A stretch of DNA of 39,866 bases, taken from positions 1 to 39,866 of the forward strand of contig CAZGNQ010000001.1 in NCBI GenBank assembly GCA_964527285.1. The letters are read 5' to 3'. The translations under genes were made by a program, and so were the position numbers. Of this stretch, positions 8,877 to 16,848 are shown one piece after another. The DNA is from an uncultured Hyphomicrobiales bacterium. GTDB taxonomy: Bacteria > Pseudomonadota > Alphaproteobacteria > Rhizobiales > CAZGNQ01. Under the pieces are notes generated by a model, which was given only the letters and a program-made list of their open reading frames with translations, ran no database searches and was not told the origin of the DNA. The stretch's first letter is position 1. Each line of letters begins with the position of its first letter.

Positions 8877-8961
8877 CCAACGCTGCCAGAGCTGCAGCGA
8901 GCGTGCAGGCCCTCAGCCCCATCGCAGTGGCGCCCGGCTCTTCACCGGACGCCCATGCGCA

Positions 8962-10515
8962 TCACTCCATGACGAGATCGCCCAGGTAGGGGAAGTTCAT
9001 CACGTTCAAGACCGGCTCGATGTTCACGCCCTTGCGCGAAGCCCAAGCCAGATCCTGCCAGTGCAGCGGCACGAACGCCGCGTCGTCGTGCATGATCTTC
9101 TCGATCTCCTGAAGCACTTTTGCCCGCTCGGCCGTGTCCGTCATGGTCAGCGTCTTGACCGTGAGTTCATCCACCTTCGCGTTCGAGTAATTGCCTGAGT
9201 TGTACTGCCCGCGCCCGGTCTCCTTGTTCACGGTCATGGTCAGGAACTCATAGAAGTTGGCGCTGTCCTCGGTGTCGGCGTGCCAGCCGATCATCATGAT
9301 ATCGGCGGCCCGCTCGTCAAACTGCGGCCAGTACTGCGCCTTGGGCATGGTCGTGAGGTCGACCTTGATCTTGATGCGCGACAGCATGGCAGCCGCCGCC
9401 TCGCAGATCTTGTCGTCGTTCACGTAACGGTTGTTCGGGCACATCATGGTGACCGACATCCCGTCGCCGTAGCCTGCCTCTTCCATCAGTGCCTGCGCCG
9501 CCGCGAGGTCGTAACGCGGCTTCAGGCTTTCGTTGTAGCCAAGATAGCCCTTGGGGCTCATTTGCGCGGCCGGGGTGCCGAAGCCCTTCATGATCTTGGC
9601 GACAATGCCTTCATTGTTGATGGCGTGGACGATCGCCTGGCGCACGCGCTTGTCCTTGAAGGCCTCGACCCGGTTCTGGTTGAGCTGCAGGGTGATGATG
9701 CGCGTGCCCGTCATCGTGACCAGATTGGTGTCGGCATTGGACTCGATGCGCGCCAGATCCGCCGGTGGCACCGGCGCGATGAAGTCCACACCACCCGACA
9801 AAAGCGCTGCAACGCGCGTCGGATCGGACTTGATGGGCGTCATGACGATCTTGCCGACGTTGCCCGGCGAGTTCGTGTCCCAGTAATCGGCAAAGCGCTG
9901 GAACTCGACCTTCACGCCCTGCTCGCGCGAGGCGATGGTGAAGGGACCCGTGCAGGAGATGTTCTGCGAGGCAAAGCTGTTGCCGTTTTTGACGATCTCG
10001 TCCTTGCCCTCGTAGAACTTTGAATCGAGCGGGAAGATATACGTCGCGTTGTGGAGAACGAGCGGGAAGGGACCGTCCGTCTTGATGTCGACGGTATGGT
10101 CGTCGACCTTTTCCATGGCCTTGAACGGGACAAAAATGCCCTTGAAATCGGGGCTCGATTTCAGCCGGTTGAACGTGAAGATCGCGTCGTCGGCCGTCAT
10201 TTCACGCCCGGAATGGAACTTGACGCCCTGGCGCAGCTTGAAGCGCATCGTGGTCTCGTCCACGCGCTCCCACGCTTGCGCCAGCCGTGCATCGAAGCCC
10301 AGGTCCTTGTTCCAGCGCACCAGCGGATCGCAAACCATGTGGGAGAGCTGCAGCATCCCCCCCGACAACTGCTCGTGGATGTCGAGTGTCACTGGATCGG
10401 CATCATAGGCGAGGCGGAGTGTCTTGTCCGCCGCCGAAGCCGATCCGAGACCAAGCAGACCGGCCAGCAGGCCAGTTGCAATGGCGCGTGCACCGGCGAA
10501 AGCCTCACGTCGCAT
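8962..10515 (-). CDS. ABC transporter periplasmic substrate-binding protein, family 5 (DppA/OppA/NikA type)
   Basis: ORF trimmed to MRREAFAGARAIATGLLAGLLGLGSASAADKTL (signal peptide, ATG at 10513-10515, RBS GAGGAG). Family-5 features are LRLAYDADPVTLD, MRFKLRQGVKFHSG and DYWD. The ligand cannot be assigned by eye. Confidence 0.88.
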   Translation of the reverse strand: MRREAFAGARAIATGLLAGLLGLGSASAADKTLRLAYDADPVTLDIHEQLSGGMLQLSHMVCDPLVRWNKDLGFDARLAQAWERVDETTMRFKLRQGVKFHSGREMTADDAIFTFNRLKSSPDFKGIFVPFKAMEKVDDHTVDIKTDGPFPLVLHNATYIFPLDSKFYEGKDEIVKNGNSFASQNISCTGPFTIASREQGVKVEFQRFADYWDTNSPGNVGKIVMTPIKSDPTRVAALLSGGVDFIAPVPPADLARIESNADTNLVTMTGTRIITLQLNQNRVEAFKDKRVRQAIVHAINNEGIVAKIMKGFGTPAAQMSPKGYLGYNESLKPRYDLAAAQALMEEAGYGDGMSVTMMCPNNRYVNDDKICEAAAAMLSRIKIKVDLTTMPKAQYWPQFDERAADIMMIGWHADTEDSANFYEFLTMTVNKETGRGQYNSGNYSNAKVDELTVKTLTMTDTAERAKVLQEIEKIMHDDAAFVPLHWQDLAWASRKGVNIEPVLNVMNFPYLGDLVME

Positions 10516-10959
10516 GCTTTTCTCCTCACATGTCTCGTCAATGAATGGGCCGCACCAGCGCCACGACCGGCGAACCGTCATCGCAGTGGGCGATCGGCCG
10601 GTGGACACCGTGGCCCACGAACGGCGCATTGGAAAGAGCTCTTGACCACATGAACACCGGCGCGCCGACCCTGTGCCTGACCGCAGCGACGAGATGGTTG
10701 GACGGCGCCGGCGGCCACGCGTTCAGCCCACCGCCGTCCTGGCGCCCTGCCGACCGCGCACACGGCGCGCCGAAGTGCCGCGCGGTTGAGCGGCGTCAGG
10801 GGTCGAACGGATGATCCAAATCAAAGTCTGGACCATGCAATGCTCCCACGGTGGGCGCATCGCAGGCGGAAACGCAGGCGACATGAGGGGCACTCGGCCC
10901 CCGAAGCGCAGCGGGCACGTGCGGCGTGCAGGCCGGTTGGCCGCAAGCAGGAGACCAAG

Positions 10960-11010
10960 GCGTCAACTTTTGCTGACGCAAAATTTGACAATTGAAGTTT
11001 ACATCCAGTC
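10960..11010 (+). promoter_or_regulatory. AT-rich island with a perfect TTGACA hexamer and a 16-bp palindrome; candidate hemA promoter/operator
   Basis: TTTTGC-TGAC-GCAAAA at 10968-10983 and TTGACA at 10985-10990. This is the only AT-rich patch in the 679-bp divergent spacer. No convincing -10 hexamer was found. Confidence 0.3.
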
Positions 11011-11194
11011 GCGTGACAGCCATGATACCTCCGCCGGAGGTCGTTGCACCGGACGCACGGGACAGGACATCGACCGCACAGGCATACGGCGCTGTGACGC
11101 GCTCAAAAGCCGGCTGTCGAATAGACAAGTGTGCAAAGCCTTGGTTTGGAAAGGCCACGGAGAGGGACGAGTGTCCCGAGGGGAGTGATCGGCG

Positions 11195-12466
11195 ATGACG
11201 CGGGCCTACGAGGAACATTTCATCAAGGCGCTGGATGCCTTGCACGCCGAGAAGCGCTATCGGGTTTTCGCGGACCTTGAGCGAATCGTCGGCCGGTTCC
11301 CCACCGCGCGCCACCACCTCGAAAGCGGTGAGACGCGCGAGGTCACGATCTGGTGCTCCAACGATTACCTTGGGATGGGGCAACATCCCAAAGTCATTGA
11401 GGCGATGGCCGAAACAGCGCATCGCTGCGGTGTTGGTGCGGGTGGCACGCGCAATATTTCGGGCACGCACCATGATATCGTGGCGCTCGAGGACGAACTG
11501 GCTGACCTGCACGGCAAGTCAGCGGCGCTGGCCTTCACGTCCGGCTTTGTGTCGAACCAGGCTGCGATCTCCACCATCGCCCAGCTCATGCCGGACTGCC
11601 TGATCCTGTCGGACCAGTTGAACCACGCCTCCATGATCGAGGGTGTGCGCCGCTCGGGCGCTGCCAAGAAGATCTTCCGCCACAACGATGTGGAGCATCT
11701 TGAGCAGTTGCTGCGCGACGCTGGCCGTGACCGCAACAAGATCATCCTGTTTGAAAGCGTCTACTCGATGGACGGCGACGTCGCGCCGATCGAGCGGATT
11801 GCCGACCTCGCAGACGAGTACAACGCCTTCACATACATCGACGAGGTTCACGCCGTTGGCATGTATGGCCCGCGCGGCGCTGGCATCTGCGAGCGTGACG
11901 GCCTGATGGGCCGGATCGATATCATCGAAGGCACGCTCGCCAAAGCCTTCGGTACACTGGGCGGCTACATCACAGGCCCGCGCTGCGTGGTTGATGCCGT
12001 GCGCTCCTACGCGCCGAGCTTCATTTTCACGACCGCCCTGCCGCCGGCCGTCGCAGCCGCGGCGAAGACCGCCATTCAGCACTTGAAAGCATCGGGCACC
12101 GAGCGCGAGGCGCAACAGCGCCAGGTCGCGCGCACCAAATCGTCCCTGCGGGCTGCGGGATTGCCGGTGATGCCCTCAGAAACCCATATCGTTCCGATTT
12201 GGGTCGGTGATGCTGAACTGTGCAAGGCCGCCAGCGACCGCCTCCTGGACAAGCACCGCATCTACATCCAGCCGATCAACTACCCGACCGTTCCCAAAGG
12301 AACAGAACGGCTGCGGATCACGCCAACGCCGTTCCACGATGACGTGCGCGTCGGCGCCCTGACGGAAGCGTTGGGTGAGACGTGGGATCATCTTGCGCTG
12401 CCGCGCGGCGAATACGGCGTCGATGACCTCGTTGCCGGCAACCTGTTCGTCGCACAGGGCGGATAG
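11195..12466 (+). CDS. hemA: 5-aminolevulinate synthase (ALAS, C4/Shemin pathway)
   Basis: [23 protein letters not shown]...[42 protein letters not shown]...[11 protein letters not shown]...GTLAKAFG (PLP-Lys context). These are classic ALAS signatures. RBS GGGAG lies upstream of the ATG. Confidence 0.93.
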   Translation: MTRAYEEHFIKALDALHAEKRYRVFADLERIVGRFPTARHHLESGETREVTIWCSNDYLGMGQHPKVIEAMAETAHRCGVGAGGTRNISGTHHDIVALEDELADLHGKSAALAFTSGFVSNQAAISTIAQLMPDCLILSDQLNHASMIEGVRRSGAAKKIFRHNDVEHLEQLLRDAGRDRNKIILFESVYSMDGDVAPIERIADLADEYNAFTYIDEVHAVGMYGPRGAGICERDGLMGRIDIIEGTLAKAFGTLGGYITGPRCVVDAVRSYAPSFIFTTALPPAVAAAAKTAIQHLKASGTEREAQQRQVARTKSSLRAAGLPVMPSETHIVPIWVGDAELCKAASDRLLDKHRIYIQPINYPTVPKGTERLRITPTPFHDDVRVGALTEALGETWDHLALPRGEYGVDDLVAGNLFVAQGG

Positions 12467-12477
12467 TGCTCAGCCGA

Positions 12478-12497
12478 CCCAGGTGGGATCACCTGGG
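12478..12497 (+). terminator. Hairpin 12 nt after the hemA stop (CCCAGGTG ggat CACCTGGG)
   Basis: Perfect 8-bp stem with a 4-nt loop, followed only by TT, so it is a weak intrinsic terminator at best. Confidence 0.4.
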
Positions 12498-12976
12498 TTA
12501 GAAGCTGCGGCGGTGGACCAAAGTTCTACCGCGCCTTTGCGTAAGCGCTCGTGAATTTGGGCCTGTCAGCCATGCCCCGCCCGCCATGACCGTTGCCGGC
12601 GAGGGCGTGAGTTGGAGCTTGAGCCGTCCAGTCCCGAGGTCGTGCGGTCCCGGTGACGTGTCACCTGGAGCGGGAGATTAACAAACGCCACAGGTCGGCA
12701 CCTGCCCGTTGCTCCGATTCGGGCGGGCACAGCTGCCGTCAACGCCAGCCGGCCGACAGACAGCTAAGACCACATTACATGGTGCATTGCGCTACGGCTG
12801 ACCGGGCGGTCACCACTGACGGTCGGCCGTTTGCAGTCATGGGGGCGCAAGGCGGCCACCGGGCATGATTGGCCTGTTCGCCCACCCGCACCGTTTTGAT
12901 CGCAAACGTTAGCCAGTCCCTGCATCGGGCCCTTGCAGCGCGGCCGGCACGCCGCCAGGCTTGCACGCCGGCGGGA

Positions 12977-13465
12977 TCAACTGCCCGGCTGAGAAACGTC
13001 CGCAGCCGATCCCCGCGGTGCCGCACCTTCGCCGGCGCCTTGCCAGACACCCTTGTCTTTCAGCGCGGCGGCCACCTCCGGCGGCATGTAGTTCTCGTCG
13101 TGCTTGGCAAGCACCTTATCCGCCACGAACACGCCGGCCGAATTGAGCGCGCCCTCCGTCACCACGCCCTGCCCCTCGCGGAAGAGGTCCGGCAGCACAC
13201 CGCGGTAGGTGACGGGAACAAAACTCTCAGTGTCGGTGACCTGAAAAGTGACCCGCGCGTCCGTGCCCTTCTCAAACGAGTTTTCCGCGACCAACCCGCC
13301 CAGACGGAAGCGTTGCCCCGGCTCGATCGCCATCTTCGCCACGTCCGTGGGCGTGCGGAAGAACACAAGCGTATCCTGCAACGCGTAAAGCACGATGCCC
13401 AATGCCACCCCGACCACACCAAGACCCACCGCGAGGTAGGTGGCCCGTGTCTTCTTGCGGCTCAT
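12977..13465 (-). CDS. ccmE: Cytochrome c-type biogenesis heme chaperone CcmE
   Basis: ORF 12977..13972 trimmed to MSRKKTRATYLAVGLGVVGVALGIVLYAL (N-terminal anchor). FRLGGLV...LPDLFREGQGVV...LAKHDENYMPPEV contains the heme-binding His motif. Confidence 0.92.
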   Translation of the reverse strand: MSRKKTRATYLAVGLGVVGVALGIVLYALQDTLVFFRTPTDVAKMAIEPGQRFRLGGLVAENSFEKGTDARVTFQVTDTESFVPVTYRGVLPDLFREGQGVVTEGALNSAGVFVADKVLAKHDENYMPPEVAAALKDKGVWQGAGEGAAPRGSAADVSQPGS

Positions 13466-13935
13466 ATCGTCCTCCCGTAGCGTTTCGCGATTTGGCGCGG
13501 CCCCGCGCATCCGGCAGACAGCGGCGCTCATTCGGCGCGCACGCGCCGCTTTGCCGCTGTATCGCAACAGCATGATTTGATTTCCGGCAGAATTGGCGCC
13601 GCCAGCTCTGCCATGCAAGGGTTTCTGGCGCAGCGGTCGCGCTTGCCGACACCGCAGCGGGACACGAGCGCGGCCGCCAACCGCCGGAAAACGCGATTTG
13701 AGCCCCACCCCAGTGGCGCACCCCATGCCAAAGCGTCGCGGAGATGCTGCCCGATCGTCGACACAGCGCTTATGTACGTCAGGGATGGCGGCGGCTATTA
13801 AGTCGCACACGTTCAACGGTACGGCGCCGCTGGCACGAGCACCCGCCCCCGCGCGCGACACCGAACGAGCGACGACCGCACACATCGAGCCACAGACGAC
13901 GACCCACAACCAACGAGACAGGGACGCCAACGACC

Positions 13936-14751
13936 GTGACGGACACCACAGCAACAGCCGCCCAGCTCTCAACGTGGGACCGCGTGCTCGGCTGGGCCAA
14001 CGCGGCCAATTTCATGCGGGTCACAGGCTGGCTGCTGCCGATCCTGACGACCGCAGCCCTCGTCGCCCTGGCAATCGGGCTCTACATGGCGTTTTTCGTC
14101 GCGCCGCAGGACTATCAGCAGGGCCAGACCGTGCGCATCATGTTTGTGCACGTGCCGGCGGCATGGCTGTCGATGTTCGCCTACCTGATGATTGCCGTGT
14201 CGAGCTTCGGGTTCCTGGTGTTTCGCCACCCGCTTGCGGATGTCTCGGCGACAGCGGCCGCACCACTTGGCGCGGCGTTCACGCTCATCGCGCTCGCCAC
14301 GGGCTCACTTTGGGGCCGGCCGATGTGGGGCACCTATTGGGAGTGGGACGCCCGCATGACGAGCGTTCTGATCCTCTTCTTTCTCTATCTCGGGCTGATC
14401 GCGCTGCGCCGCTCCGCCGGCGACGATGCGCAAGCGTCGAAACTCACTGCGATCCTGGCGCTGGTCGGCGTCGTCATCCTGCCGGTGATCAAGTTTTCCG
14501 TCGATTTCTGGAACACACTGCATCAGCCGGCGAGCGTTGCGCGCCTGGACGGCCCGGCAATCCACCCTTCCATTTTGACGCCGCTGCTGGTGATGGCGCT
14601 CGCGTCTTTCCTCATCTTCTTCGCCCTGCACATGTTCGCCATGCGCAATGAGATCCGCGAGCGCCGGGTCAAAGCGCTCACGCGGCGCAAGGTCGAGCGG
14701 GCGGCACGTGCGGATGCTGAGCATGCCGACGCTGGCAACGCGCCAGCGTGA
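13936..14751 (+). CDS. ccmC: Heme exporter protein CcmC
   Basis: MFVHVPAAW...LATGSLWGRPMWGTYWEWDARMTSVL is the WGxxWxWD tryptophan-rich heme-handling motif. The start is proposed at the in-frame GTG at 13936 (VTDTTATAAQLSTWDRVLGWANAANFMRV). The maximal ORF starts at 13744. Confidence 0.88.
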   Translation: MTDTTATAAQLSTWDRVLGWANAANFMRVTGWLLPILTTAALVALAIGLYMAFFVAPQDYQQGQTVRIMFVHVPAAWLSMFAYLMIAVSSFGFLVFRHPLADVSATAAAPLGAAFTLIALATGSLWGRPMWGTYWEWDARMTSVLILFFLYLGLIALRRSAGDDAQASKLTAILALVGVVILPVIKFSVDFWNTLHQPASVARLDGPAIHPSILTPLLVMALASFLIFFALHMFAMRNEIRERRVKALTRRKVERAARADAEHADAGNAPA

Positions 14752-14855
14752 ATGGGCAGCAAGCACCGCACCCCATGCGCACAATGATGCGATGCTGGGG
14801 CGCATGAGTGGGGTTTGCACACCCGGGTCCCGTCTGCGCCAGCGCAGCGGAAGCG

Positions 14856-14869
14856 TTGTGTGAACACAA
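14856..14869. promoter_or_regulatory. Perfect palindrome TTGTG-TGAA-CACAA (CRP/FNR-family-like geometry)
   Basis: Read directly from the sequence. It sits in an AT-rich patch of the 360-bp ccmC-ccmD spacer. TTG-N8-CAA spacing matches the FNR/FixK box architecture (TTGAT-N4-ATCAA), but the inner bases differ. Confidence 0.35.
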
Positions 14870-15110
14870 AAACGCCGCAACCTTACAGATGCATCGCATT
14901 CGGCCGTTTCGCTTTACGATTTGTAATGTTCTGACGGCGCTTGATTTTGCGATGTTTCAATGCGCGGGCTGCGGCCCTGCCTGCAAGACACGCGCTCGGC
15001 ACTTGTGCCGCCCAACGAAACGCACCACTCTGGTGTGTGGCGCAGGTCGTCGAGGCCACCGGCAACGCGTGGCCTTGGCGCCCGCATCACCATCACCCGA
15101 GAGGACCACG

Positions 15111-15284
15111 ATGTCAGAAATCGCATCCGCACTCGACCTCGGCGAACATGCCGGCTTCATCTGGGCCTCATATGCGGTCGCCGCCGGCGTGGTGCTCGCC
15201 GTTACGGCCACGCTTGTTGTTCAGCGCAACCGCCTGCAAGCCAAGCTCGTCAAGCTGGAGCGAGAGGCCGGTCGTCGGCGTTAA
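15111..15284 (+). CDS. ccmD: Heme exporter protein CcmD
   Basis: MSEIASALDLGEHAGFIWASYAVAAGVVLAVTATLVVQRNRLQAKLVKLEREAGRRR has CcmD size, a single TM and a 'FIWxSY' start. RBS GAGAGGA is present. Confidence 0.85.
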   Translation: MSEIASALDLGEHAGFIWASYAVAAGVVLAVTATLVVQRNRLQAKLVKLEREAGRRR

Positions 15285-15331
15285 GCCGCGGCGCGCACTG
15301 CAAGCACGGGGATCGGCCAGCTGTGGGGCCG

Positions 15332-16843
15332 TCAGCCCGGCGCCGCGCATGTTGCTTCCGGTGCATTGCAAATGATGTGGGCGTAGGACCCCATCACGCG
15401 GCCATCCACCCGCCCCATGCGCGGGCAAGGCGCCCCAAGAGCATCTGTCGCCGTGAACAACGCTGGTAAATGCGCCGTCGGTTGCTCGCCCTGCGGCCCG
15501 GCGGCCACCTCGCTGCTGTAGTGGAAAGCATGCCCGCGAAGCTGCCGCGCACCTGGCAGCACACCGTTGTGCTCAAGGGTGCGATAACCGAGCAGGCGAC
15601 GCGGTGCCTGGAACGTTGTGGCGTGCGGCAGCAGTCCCAGCATGGCGTGGTGCCGGCCGTCGGCATCAATCAGCCCCTTGCCAAGGGCCATGTAGCCGCC
15701 GCACTCGCCATAAACGAGCGCACGGCGCGCGGCCGCTGCCCGAACGCCCGCACCCCAGCCGGTCAGATCGTCAAGCGTGGCCGCCAGCCGGCCAGCGTGC
15801 AGCTCCGGATAACCGCCCGGCAGGAACACCGCATCGGCCGCATCATCGGGCCCTTGACCAGCCAGCGGGCTGAACGGCATTACCTCCGCGCCCTGAGCCC
15901 GCCAGTCGGCGAGCATGTGGGGATAGGCGAAGGCGAACGCTTCGTCTTGGGCAACGGCAATGCGCTGGCCGAGTGGCGCGAGCGGTGCGAACCCCGTTCC
16001 AGACGCCGGCGCGGGCGAGGGCGCGGACATGGGCACGGGGATGGGCGAAGGCACACTGGGCGCTTGGCCCATGGCCGCAATGCGCAACAGCGCGTCCAGA
16101 TCCAGATCCTGGCTCACGCGCTGGCGCGCAACGGCGATCATCTGATCGAGATTTCCGTGCTCGAACGCCTGCACGAGGCCCAGATGGCGCGAGGGCAGTG
16201 CGAGCGCAGGATCGGCCCGCACCCCGCCGAGGTATACGCGGTCGGGCACTCCCGCTGTGGCCGGAGGAGACATGGCATCGGCAATCAGACGGGCGTGGCG
16301 ATCGCTGGCGACCCGGGTGGCGATGACGCCGGCGACGCGCACATCGCTCCGGTAGGTTGCAAAGCCATGGACAAGCGCCGCGACCGACTGGCCCTGGCGC
16401 GCGGCGTCCACCACCAGGATCACCGGCAGGCCGAGAAGCGCGGCGAGGTCAGCCGTGCTGCCGATGCCGCTCGCCGCACCGTCAAACAAGCCCATCACGC
16501 CCTCGATGATCACAATGTCCGCCGGTGGGGTCGCGCTGTGGACGTTCGCATCGCCTGTGATGTGCGTCTGATCGGCGCCTGACGCCATGGCCTGCGCCCG
16601 GGCACGCACCTCCGCCGGCGCCATCGCCCAGGGGTCGAGCGTCATGCAGGGGCTGCCAGCGGCTGCGCTATGAAATTGCGGATCGATGAAATCGGGCCCG
16701 GTCTTGGCGCACCGCACCACCAGCCCGCGCGCACGCAGGGCAGCGATCAACCCAAGCGTCGTGACGGTCTTGCCGCTGCCGGAGGCAGGCGCGGCGATGA
16801 TGACAGCAGGCACGCCGCAGACGGATCCCAGATCGCCAGCCAA
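15332..16843 (-). CDS. cobB: Cobyrinic/hydrogenobyrinic acid a,c-diamide synthase (CobB/CbiA)
   Basis: VIIAAPASGSGKTVTTLGLIAALRARG...GPDFIDPQFH, plus a C-terminal GATase (LVYGECGGYMALG). The ORF-track start at 16843 is a TTG. An in-frame GTG at 16816 is the alternative. Confidence 0.9.
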   Translation of the reverse strand: MAGDLGSVCGVPAVIIAAPASGSGKTVTTLGLIAALRARGLVVRCAKTGPDFIDPQFHSAAAGSPCMTLDPWAMAPAEVRARAQAMASGADQTHITGDANVHSATPPADIVIIEGVMGLFDGAASGIGSTADLAALLGLPVILVVDAARQGQSVAALVHGFATYRSDVRVAGVIATRVASDRHARLIADAMSPPATAGVPDRVYLGGVRADPALALPSRHLGLVQAFEHGNLDQMIAVARQRVSQDLDLDALLRIAAMGQAPSVPSPIPVPMSAPSPAPASGTGFAPLAPLGQRIAVAQDEAFAFAYPHMLADWRAQGAEVMPFSPLAGQGPDDAADAVFLPGGYPELHAGRLAATLDDLTGWGAGVRAAAARRALVYGECGGYMALGKGLIDADGRHHAMLGLLPHATTFQAPRRLLGYRTLEHNGVLPGARQLRGHAFHYSSEVAAGPQGEQPTAHLPALFTATDALGAPCPRMGRVDGRVMGSYAHIICNAPEATCAAPG

Positions 16844-16848
16844 GAGCC

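Noticed and set aside
8917-8948. Minus-strand string CCGGTGAAGAGCCGGGCGCCACTGCGATGGGG, resembling the GGUG..AA..CC / GCCACUG core of a cobalamin riboswitch, upstream of the methyltransferase.
   Set aside because: It begins only about 15 nt after the binding-protein stop codon. It also lacks the GGGAA element, the second conserved core and any B12 box downstream, so it is most likely a chance match in GC-rich sequence.
10796-11512. 238-aa minus-strand ORF spanning the hemA start and upstream region.
   Set aside because: It overlaps the well-supported hemA CDS in antisense, has no recognisable motifs or RBS, and has an implausible composition.
13744-13935. ATG at 13744 as the ccmC start, giving a 64-aa Arg/Thr/Pro-rich extension.
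   Set aside because: The extension has no CcmC counterpart and a non-protein-like composition. The in-frame GTG at 13936 gives a typical CcmC N-terminus. It is kept as an open question in the findings because no RBS is obvious.
13466-13972. 169-aa N-terminal extension of the ccmE ORF (maximal ORF 12977..13972).
   Set aside because: CcmE is a ~160-aa protein beginning with a short cytoplasmic stretch and one TM helix. MSRKKTRATYLAVGLG... at 13465 fits exactly. The upstream extension is Arg/Ala-rich and overlaps the ccmC leader.
14808-15110. In-frame upstream extension of ccmD (ATG at 14808 or 14889) adding a Cys/Arg-rich segment with CAGCGPAC.
   Set aside because: CcmD is a ~50-70-aa single-TM protein and MSEIAS... 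at 15111 has a good RBS (GAGAGGA). The extension is AT-rich with an Arg/Cys-heavy translation typical of non-coding DNA. Not formally excluded.
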